Shown here: positions 56,111 to 64,000 of the stretch, in pieces
How the letters are laid out: each line of letters opens with the position of its first letter
Numbering within the stretch: the first letter of the stretch is position 1
Assembly: GCA_030390025.1 (NCBI GenBank)
Contig: JASTWF010000033.1
Coordinates: forward strand, 870,001 to 934,000
Reading direction: 5' to 3'
Source of the DNA: Squalus acanthias
Taxonomy: Eukaryota
Length of the DNA: 64,000 bases
The notes under the pieces: generated by a model
What the model was told of the DNA's origin: nothing
The model's input: the letters and a program-made list of their open reading frames with translations, nothing else
Database searches by the model: none
Made by a program: the position numbers and the translations under genes

Positions 56111-56213
56111 TTACTCTTGCCTCCATGGCTCTTAATATCCCATACAGACGAATTCAATTTTCCTGCTCGCAAGCCGTACCTATTAATAGTATATATTCCA
56201 TGAAGTTAATATA

Positions 56214-56318
56214 TGTCCATTGACGTTAATGGAGAAGAAAATCGATTGCGGTGTAAAAGTGTCGCCCGGTTCGCTGTAACCCAGCTTCGTGAAACTGGCT
56301 GAGACCAATTTCACCCCG
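56214..56318. mobile_element. Degenerate copy of the palindromic MITE-like family
   Basis: TCCATTGACGTTAATGGA hairpin followed by GAAAATCG...GGTGTAAAA, the same layout as 51902-51950. Confidence 0.4.
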
Positions 56319-57200
56319 TTGAGTCTGGAGCTGACAAAAGCAGGGATCAATGTTAAAAAGTAAATCGTGCATTTATTGTTATCACACACTATTCCGCCTG
56401 TGCCTTAGTTTATGTGATACATCTGAGAGGAATACTGTTCTCTGTTCACTTCTCTGTAAAGGTAAAGTGCCGTGTATGCACCGTTACTGTAAGAAAACAT
56501 TGGAGGAAGAACTGAGTTCAACTGACCTGTAAATGTGCAAAGTTCTGGCAGAAATACTGAACTCATTATTGAAGTCTTCCTGAAGAGAAATGTTTGAAAT
56601 AAGTTTCGGATATTATTGGCACAGCGATTGTCGAAGACAAGTGTGGTCTTCAGGTGAAGCGTCTTTAGAGGCTGGAGAATAATCGGAGCAGGGCGCACAC
56701 ATGTTCTTCACTTCTCATTTTACAATTCTGCCCTCATTTTTATATAATGCCTTAATTATTTGGAATAAAACTGCAAAGCCAACGGTAATTTGGGAAGCAG
56801 AGTTTAGTGTAATATATGGGGTTCCTCTAGAGTACAGGCAGATCATCTAGGAAAGCGCGACTACTGTTACATTGCAGCAGGAAAATTGAATTTGAAATTA
56901 TGACTAAATGCGACAACAAGAATTACGGTTTTCCATATATTACAGATAGAGATAAAGAAAGATAATGGGGGCTTAAAACTGTGTTGTGGGATTATAGGTA
57001 CAAATGCTTTCAGCCTTCCTCTGTATTTCACCTCCTTAATATTTTAGCTGAAGATTGTTCTACCCCTTTACATTGCTGTCCGTCTCTTCAACCGTCTGCT
57101 CAGATGCCTGGTTGTTCGCCGGCTTTCTGTTGAAAGATTCTGAGAGCACCGAGTTAGAGAAAACCTCAATATTTGTACCTCTAATCATTGTGTCTTGTAG

Positions 57201-57294
57201 GTATGTTGGAGAACATATAGAGAAAACGGGAGTTGCAACAGAAACACAAGGATTTACCTTCGTCACCAGTGGCAGGAAAAGGGAATGCCTCACA
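57201..57294 (+). CDS. Coding exon B of the EHD-like NTPase (switch I / G2 Thr region): (W)YVGEHIEKTGVATETQGFTFVTSGRKRECLT
   Basis: Acceptor TGTGTCTTGTAG|G, donor ACA|GTGAGT. 94 nt, phase 2 to 0, compatible with both neighbouring exons. Confidence 0.92.
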
Positions 57295-57775
57295 GTGAGT
57301 AATCTCATGAATCATCACCGAGCCCTGGCTCATTCTGTGTCTCTGATTGACTGTCTGGGAAGGAACTTCAATAAACACGAAACACTAAACTAGAGGATAT
57401 CGTCTTCTGAGCCGAAGTGTGAGGGATCTGATCTCCCCCTACCCGAACCGAAGCCCTGGAAATCCCATTAATAGGGTGTGTAAACCCGGTTATTGTGCCC
57501 CATCCTCCGCCCCACGCATGGATTTAACATAGCTGCATGGATAGGAAAGGCTGTTTCTACCTTTCTAGCCCAAACGGTTGTGGTTATTGTACTGTGATCA
57601 CCGATTGAGATACGGAAACGCAGCACGGAGCAATGAGCGAGATGGGGGAGTTAATTGTATGTCTTCGGAAATACAGGAAAATATTCAACTTAAAGCTGCT
57701 CCAAAAAGGAACATTTTAAACAAGTTACGAGGAGTGAGCATTTATTTCCTCTAATGTTTGTTTTTAGTTTCACAG

Positions 57776-57830
57776 GGCAAAGCTACACTCCACCTATACC
57801 CGCAATTCCAAGCTCTGGAACAGATCGAAG
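57776..57830 (+). CDS. Coding exon C of the EHD-like NTPase: GKATLHLYPQFQALEQIE(G)
   Basis: Acceptor TTTTTAGTTTCACAG|GG, consensus donor AAG|GTAAGT. 55 nt, phase 0 to 1. Positionally equivalent to the EHD GNAL...PFRKL segment. Confidence 0.88.
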
Positions 57831-58175
57831 GTAAGTTCACAGCGACTGTCAGTATTGCAGACAACAGGAGGGTGAACGCTCACTTTCTCTCTCCCATCAA
57901 TCCAGTGAAGCTTCCACTGTTGAACTGTGAGCCTTTCACAGGCAGGATGTCCGACAGATTAATCGACGGTGGCTAAATATTGAAATTAGGACTCGCAGAT
58001 TTAAGCAATGTAGCCTTGGACAGTGGGCACGTGCTCTATTGGAGGTGAAACATCGACTGCAAGCTGGGAAGACGATAGACATTTTGTGTGAGTGACTCGT
58101 GCTTGAAGTTGTAGGTTGATGGACAGGTGATTGAACTGTGCTTCCCGGAGAAAGTTTGGTCTTTTGCGAGCCAAA

Positions 58176-58290
58176 AAGAGACAAGAGAGGAAACAACAGA
58201 GATAGAGAGAGAGAAAGAGAGGATGAGAGAGAGCCACAGAGAGAAGAGAGAGAGAGAAAGACGGAGATAGATAGAGAGATATGGATGGAT
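58176..58290. repeat. Imperfect (AG)n/(GATA)n microsatellite
   Basis: GAGATAGAGAGAGAGAAAGAGAGG...GAGATAGATAGAGAGATATGGATGG. Confidence 0.85.
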
Positions 58291-58339
58291 TGAGATAAGT
58301 TTCTCTCCATTAGAACAAAGACAGTTAGCAGTTGAGAAT

Positions 58340-58668
58340 TCTGCGGGATTGTTGCAAGGAGAATGGAGAAAAACTATTCCCACAGGTGGGCGAATCTATA
58401 ACTTATAAGCTTTCGATTATAACCAAAAGACGGGAGAGGTTAGGAGATGTTTTAAGCAGGTGGTTGTTAGGATATGGAGTGATCTATCAGAAATAGTTGG
58501 GTACATAGATTCAGCATAGATTTTAAAAGGGAAGGGAATGCTTTTTTCGCAATGTAAAACATGGAAATGGGGAAAGGGTGGGGAAATGGGACTAAGGGGT
58601 TTGCTCTTTCAGAGAGCAAGCGCAGCCACAATGAGCCGAATGGCCTCTTCCTGCACTGTAAAAATTCC
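58340..58668 (+). mobile_element. Old CR1-type LINE 3' end
   Basis: Ends in GCTCTTTCAGAGAGC...GAGCCGAATGGCCTCTTCCTGCACTGTAAAAATTC, a CR1 3'UTR-like terminus. Preceded by degenerate RT C-terminal sequence. Confidence 0.6.
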
Positions 58669-58834
58669 GCGATGCGGTTTGCTTATTGTCCTGATGTATC
58701 TATTTCCAATCTACATGGGATGATTCAACCTTTATTACAGTAGGTTTTATGTGGCAAGTAATACAAAGGCCGGGTATGCGGTGAGCGCGCATCAAAGATT
58801 TGGGTTTGGATTAAAGGGCTTATGGTGTCAGCAG

Positions 58835-58946
58835 GAGCTCCGTGGCAGCATCATCACCTCTGAGTTAGAAGACAGTGGGTTAAAGGACTCCAGCTCTCGA
58901 GCACATAGGTTGACTGATATTTCAGTGCATAATGATGGAGTGCTGT
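58835..58946 (+). mobile_element. Degenerate SINE 5' part (tRNA-like head; resembles shark Deu-domain SINEs)
   Basis: GTGGCAGCATCATCACCTCTGAGTTAGAAGACAGTGGGTTAAAG...CAGTGCATAATGATGGAGTGCTG. Recognised from memory of the family, not by search. Confidence 0.45.
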
Positions 58947-58954
58947 ATGGGAGA

Positions 58955-59383
58955 TGAACAGAGGTTATAGACACTAAATGGGGAACAAACAGTGTTTTAG
59001 AAACTAAGTGGTGAATGAACAGGGGGGGATATAATCTTAATGGGAAATAAACTGTCGAATAGGAACGAAATGGAGAATAATCAGGGTAATAGAAACTAAA
59101 TGGGAAATAAAATGTACAATAGGAACTAAATGGAGAATAATCAGGGTAATAGAAACTAAATGGGAAATAACAAGGGAATAGAAACTAAATTGAAATAAAC
59201 AGGAGAATAGACACTAAATTGAAAAATGCACGTGGAATACTCACGGAGAATGTAAAATCAGTGGGTCATATACAGCGGGATAGAAATAAAATGTGACATA
59301 AACGGCAGAATGCAGACTAACTGGGAAAGAACAGGTGTAATAGAATCTAAATGGGAAATATAGAGGAAAATAGGGGACTAAAC
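58955..59383. repeat. A-rich degenerate ~30-bp minisatellite (consensus approx. TGGGAAATAAACAGGGTAATAGAAACTAAA); resumes at ~60036-60100
   Basis: Lines 59041-59100 and 59101-59160 are near-identical 60-bp dimers. The unit reappears as GAACTAAATGGGAATAAACAAG after 60036. Confidence 0.8.
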
Positions 59384-59429
59384 AGGAGCGTGTTCAGGCA
59401 CATTTTGATGCCTAGATAACATTTCGGAT

Positions 59430-59523
59430 TAACAACATAAAACGCTGGAAAAACTCAGCAGGTGAGGCAGCATCCGTGGACAGATAAACAGAGTTAACGT
59501 TTCAGGTCGACGACCTTTCTTCA
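59430..59523 (-). mobile_element. Short Penelope-like-element terminal fragment with truncated hammerhead ribozyme core, flanked by a 14-bp target-site duplication
   Basis: Direct repeat ATAACATTTCGGAT at 59416-59429 and 59523-59536. Minus strand reads TGAAGA-A-AGGTC-GTC-GACCT-GAAAC-GTT. Confidence 0.7.
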
Positions 59524-59545
59524 TAACATTTCGGATATTCGGACA

Positions 59546-59640
59546 GATAGAACATAGAACATAGAACAGTACAGCACAGTACAGGCCCTTCGGCCCTCGA
59601 TGTTGTGCCGAGCATTGTCCGAGACCAAGATCAAGCTATC
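59546..59640 (-). mobile_element. Short 3'-terminal fragment of a CR1-type LINE/SINE
   Basis: Tail ATAGAACATAGAACATAGAACAGTACAGCACAG followed by ACAGGCCCTTCGGCCC. It interrupts the L2 fragment. Confidence 0.7.
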
Positions 59641-60589
59641 ACATGACCAAAAGCTTTATCAAAGAGATAGGTTTTAAGGAGCGATTAAAGGAGGAGATAG
59701 AGGTAGAGAGGCGGAGAGGTTTACAAAAGGAATTGCAGAGATTCGGTCCCAGGCAGCTGAGGCACGGCCGCCAATATTGGAGCATTGAAAAGCGGAGATG
59801 TGCAACAGGCTAGAATTGATGGAGCTCAGAGATCTCGCAGGGCTGTAGGGCTGGAGTAGGTTACAGAGATAATGAGGGTCGAGGCCGTGTGGGATTTATT
59901 GAACACATGAATGTTAATTTTAAAATCGAGGCATTTGCAGACAGGGTGGCAAAGTCGGTCAGTAAGAACAGGGTTGATGGGTGAACGGGACTTGGTGCGA
60001 TTTAAGCTACGAGGAGCAGAGTTTTAGTGAGGGCGAATATGAACTAAATGGGGAATAAACAAGTGAAATACCAACGCATAGAATGAAACATAGAACAATT
60101 TGCGAAGCAGAGAAGTAGAGGTCTGTGAAGTATACGTTCTTCTATGCATAAAGGCTGATGAGCTGAAAGATAAAAAACTGAGGTACCACAGCACCGCCAC
60201 TGACAGGAGGGTGGAATTACAGCATAATGTTCCCATTCAGTTGCTATTATAAAATGGACACAGACATTTATAATTTGGAAAATGTTGATGGAAATGTGTG
60301 ACAAAAACATGACTTTGGAAAAGTTGCAGACAGGAATTGTACACAGACATAAGACATTTTTTTGATATATTTATGATATAGCCATCTCATCAATTCCATT
60401 GCGGGATATTATCATTAAATCTATTTTGGAATTTTAATTAATTGACTATCAAGGGTGGTTGATGTATAAAGAAAGCCTTTCGCGAATTACAAACACACCA
60501 ACATGAAATGGAAAGTCCTATCCCACAGCTGAACCTGGAATTCTGGAACAACTTCTGCTCCTGCTCACTGCTCGTTCTGTGCCCCACAG

Positions 60590-60730
60590 GAGTGGCAGAC
60601 TACCTGGCCACCGAGACCAGCACCTCCAAACAGAAGCAGTTTAACCTGGTGACCTTTATCGATACCCCAGGGCTTGTGGATGGAGACATGACCTATGAGT
60701 TTGATGTTGATAAAGCACTTATCTGGCTGG
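60590..60730 (+). CDS. Coding exon D of the EHD-like NTPase (G3 motif): (G)VADYLATETSTSKQKQFNLVTFIDTPGLVDGDMTYEFDVDKALIWL(G)
   Basis: Acceptor CTGTGCCCCACAG|GA, donor TGG|GTAAGA. 141 nt, phase 1 to 1. Contains FIDTPG. Confidence 0.93.
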
Positions 60731-60839
60731 GTAAGAGATCAACCCGCACCGTGAGATACACACCAGTGCTCGATCATTTGGAAATTGCTGTCAACACATT
60801 TCAATATTAAAATCTGGCAGATTTCTATAATGTGGTTTG

Positions 60840-61260
60840 ATATTCATTCTCGGGATGTCAGCGTCACTGGCAATCATGGCATTGATCGCCCATGCTTAGT
60901 TCTCCTGAAAATGTGGTGGGGGAATTTCTTCTCAAATTGGTGGTATATTTTCTGTGATGTAACTAAGCCGCTCCAAGTTTAATTCAGAGGCGAGTTGTCA
61001 AACCAACTGCTGAGGGACTGGAGTCACGTGTATGCCAGATCGGGTAAGGATGACAGTTTGACTTCCCTAAATGGCTTTAATAAACCAACTGGTTGTTTAT
61101 GACAATCCGCCAGCCTTATACTCACGTTTACTAATGTCAGCGTTTTCTTTCCAGATTGTTTAAAAAAAGGAATCAAATTCTTATTTTCTGTGGTAGGATT
61201 TGAATGCATGTTTTGCTCGATTTCTAGTCCAGCAACTTAAACACTACACTGCCGTACCTA
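60840..61260 (-). mobile_element. SINE-like interspersed repeat (tRNA-like head at the right end)
   Basis: Shares GACTGGAGTCAC(G/A)TGTA..CCAGA.CGG and TTTCTAGTC..G.A.C....CACT.CAC with a second copy at 62385-62585. Confidence 0.55.
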
Positions 61261-61768
61261 ACCCAATGTATGCGGGAAATCGGGTGACAAAGGAAACATG
61301 GAGAGCCCCGAGGGATACCTGGGAGCCTGAACACCAATGAGCAACTTGTTCTAAGTTATTTCGTTGTATCTGTGTTCGGAAATAAACCTACGTTCAGCCT
61401 TCCCTGTAAAGAGCTAATATTTAAAGGGAAACAGGAAGAACGTTGTTTAGGAACAGCATTAACCTGAATGACAGAAGGTTCCATTTGTACAGCGGCTTTA
61501 GACAGAAAATGTCGAATGGTGCTTCGTCGAGGTTAGAGAAAAATAAATCAAGTGATAAAGGAAAAGACAAGAATGGATAACAGTTATAGGGTTCAGAAAC
61601 CGAATAAAGACTTGTATTTAAATATTAGATTAAATAAGCTGTTTAAAGTTGGATCGCCAAGTGAGAAGTTTAATGGGAGAGTTTGAGTGAGTGATAAGGA
61701 ATTTGATACTAGGAGTGGGGTAAAAGCTGCAGAGCAAACTGGGCGAGGATGAGGATTTTAGATTCTTT

Positions 61769-61928
61769 GGCCTAGAAATTCGGCTCGGGCGGTGGCGAAA
61801 AACGAGCGGTATCGGTTTGGCCGCCCATTGTTCTATTGCAGTCAACTGAATATCAGGCGCTACGTAAAACGGGCGGCCGATCCGATAGCGCTCGCTTTGC
61901 GCCACCGCCCGAGACGAATTCCTAGCCC
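61769..61928. mobile_element. 160-bp palindromic MITE-like element (58-bp inverted arms, 44-nt spacer)
   Basis: Arm 61769-61826 versus the reverse complement of 61871-61928: 50/58 identities by manual ungapped alignment. CpG-rich against an AT-rich background. Confidence 0.8.
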
Positions 61929-62384
61929 GCTGACTCTGGAGAATAAGGAAACAGGGTAGGTCAGTGAAGATGGGAGTGATGGGAGACCAAAACTCACTGC
62001 GACAGGAAGTGGGAGGCGAGGCGACATTTTAAATGAGCTTGTTAAGCGTCTGTTGACAATATTACATTTCATGATTTCTGGATTTGAAAATCCACTCAGG
62101 TAGTGTTTCTGTTTGCCTGGTTTGCAATCCGACTCACTCCCCATAGTCCACATCCACTCAGGAATCCACACCGGGTAGGGTAGATCCAACACCGATCGCC
62201 GGAAAACGGTCTGCTGATTGCTCAGCCGGTGGTGAGCCTGCCTTGTTCTGCAGGGCCTGTGAACCTAAGTCGGAAGCACATCGCCGACCAGCGACAGGCT
62301 ATCCCTCATCTCCCAATAAAGAATGCGATAGCTGGTCATTCAGAGTGTCCTGCAGTGTAGCGGAACCTGTCTCACCAAATAGTG

Positions 62385-62585
62385 TGAGACTGGAGTCACA
62401 TGTAGTCCAGACCGGATATGCATCTCCGAAGTAATGTTAGTGAGTGTTTGTTATAATAATCCAGCAGCCTCCATGGTCATTTTTTTGGTACCAAATTATT
62501 TCATTCTGTTTCACAACTCACCATGGTGAGATTTCCATTCACCACCTCTGGGTTTCTAGTCAAGTACCACGACCACTTCACAGCC
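62385..62585 (-). mobile_element. Second, shorter copy of the SINE-like repeat at 60840-61260
   Basis: Colinear similarity to 61016-61260. Confidence 0.5.
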
Positions 62586-63043
62586 CCCAACTTCATGAAC
62601 GGAGCCTTCTTTGTTGCCCTTTTTTGCTGCATTCTCCATTCTGGAGAATAACTCTTGCCGGGTTCTGTTCCACGGGCGTGGGTGCCCTCCATATTTGTGC
62701 CAAGACATTGTGCGTGGTCTGGCCTTCCTTTGCTGCAGTCTGATACAATGGAGCCCATTCGCTCCTCTCACCTTACCTGCACGCGCAAGGAGTCAATAGC
62801 CAGGAATGTACCATGGGAGTCAGTCGCTGATTGTCCCTCCCTGACCCAGGGCCCACTCAGTAAAGTTGCAGCGTCCAGTGCACCCCGGCTGAGAGTAGGT
62901 GATGCACGTTTGTACCGTCATAGGCTTCAGCCCCACACCTTTCAGAGCACTCACCCATCCATTGTGGTCATTTATTGGGCATTATTGAGACACTCCTAAC
63001 ACCGTGTAAGTTTCCGAATTGTTCACTCGTTTTCTGTCTGCAG

Positions 63044-63204
63044 GTGAACAGGCCGATCTGATCTTTGTCTACTTTGACCCGATGGGACAGGCCCTGTGTA
63101 AACGGACCCTGAACGTGGTGGAAATGTTGAACGAAAAACACGGCGATAAACTGAAGTTCTACCTGAGCAAAGCCGATGAAGCTGGTCATGAGAGTGACAG
63201 ACAC
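63044..63204 (+). CDS. Coding exon E of the EHD-like NTPase (G4-like motif): (G)EQADLIFVYFDPMGQALCKRTLNVVEMLNEKHGDKLKFYLSKADEAGHESDRH
   Basis: Acceptor TTTTCTGTCTGCAG|GT, phase 1 start. YLSKAD aligns with EHD VLNKAD. The 3' boundary is inferred at a weak donor CAC|GTACAG and is less certain. Confidence 0.85.
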
Positions 63205-63551
63205 GTACAGAGAGAGTTCACTTTATTGCAACTGAGAGTCCCCTTCGTGGCTGGATTTGCAAATTCCGTGATTTGATCACGGTGCTCAGTGAAAAGTGCG
63301 GCCAATTAATACAAGGCAGATGCGATGTGGAATCGATGCGTACAATGAGATTCTTTATAAACATCGCCCCGAATCTTTCCTCCTACACACACATTAAGGT
63401 GTTCCTTTTGAATGAGTGAAGAGTACTATTAAAAAGTCCCACCCAACTTATTAAATGAATAAGGGTTCCGCAATTGAAAGTCATACATTTTGTCCTTATT
63501 GTAATATAATTCCTTGAGTTGATATTGTTATTTATAATTAAATAGTAAAGC

Positions 63552-63800
63552 TTACTGCAATTTGGAAAGTTGATTTTGTTGACGCTTCTTGCACATTTTC
63601 TGCCGGAGATACTCCGGAGCGGGGAGACATAAACGTGAGACGCTACAGCGCCACCACAGGCGGGGCATAGTTACAGATGGTTCTGCAGTTTCCAGTATAA
63701 ACTTGGACCAAGGAATTTTTAAATGGAGAATGTGACAACAGGAAGTTAGGTTTTGTAGACAGGAAGTACACGCAGGCATAAGGTTTTGAAAAGGTCGTAG
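63552..63800 (-). mobile_element. Possible ancient L1/Tx1-clade LINE ORF2 remnant
   Basis: Frameshifted minus-strand peptides PNFLLSHSPFKNSLVQVY and LWW...EYLRQKMCKKRQQNQLSKLQ loosely resemble the endonuclease-RT linker of Tx1/L1 elements. Weak evidence. Confidence 0.25.
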
Positions 63801-64000
63801 ATAAGAAAAGGATTAACACTTGCAATAGTTGTCTGTTGCAATATCTGACAACGTGATTTGAATCCAGCGTTGGAATGCTTTGCATGATAACAGAGCAAAT
63901 TTCCAGATCCTAATATTCTAGGTATAAGGTTTTGAGAGGCTTTTCAAACCTTATCAATAACTGTACACCATCCTGACTGTACACCTGGACAGGATTGACA

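Larger units (their letters stand above)
59382..60025 (-). mobile_element. L2-clade LINE 3' fragment, containing two nested insertions
   Basis: Minus-strand translation from 60025 gives NSAPRSLNRTKSRSPINPVLTDRLCHPVCKCLDFKINIHVF, matching the L2 ORF2 C-terminal pattern QNxAARxL...ITPVLxxLHWLPV..RIxFKI. Confidence 0.75.

Noticed and set aside
57936..58383. Hydrophobic Leu/Ser-rich minus-strand ORFs
   Set aside because: They are translations of the (CT)n microsatellite strand.
61630..62999. Cluster of short ORFs on both strands
   Set aside because: They have no recognisable motifs and overlap repeats. Exons D and E join in phase without needing an intervening exon.

Overview
Eukaryotic vertebrate genomic DNA. 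The CR1, L2, SINE and Penelope-type repeats suggest a cartilaginous fish (inference). About 80% of the window (1 to ~51,450) is one G-rich 28-bp tandem satellite, AGTGAGATTTACAGAGTGAGGGAATGGG, with roughly 1,800 copies. It is near-perfect on the left, noisy in the middle, and built of recurring variant blocks towards its right edge. The remaining 12.5 kb holds five phase-compatible GT-AG coding exons (+ strand, 563 nt spliced) of an EHD-like dynamin-superfamily P-loop NTPase: G1 GNNSAGKS, G3 DTPG, G4-like SKAD. The gene lacks its 5' and 3' ends in this window. The first visible exon is an internal exon, so the >51-kb satellite probably lies inside an intron. The introns are full of nested retroelement debris: CR1 in CR1, an L2 fragment inside a minisatellite, a TSD-flanked Penelope-type fragment carrying a truncated hammerhead ribozyme core, and palindromic MITE-like elements. 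Repeat-family and homologue assignments come from recognition, not database searches. I see no demonstrably new multi-gene system. The best leads are the giant intronic satellite, the poorly characterised EHD-like NTPase and the hammerhead remnant.
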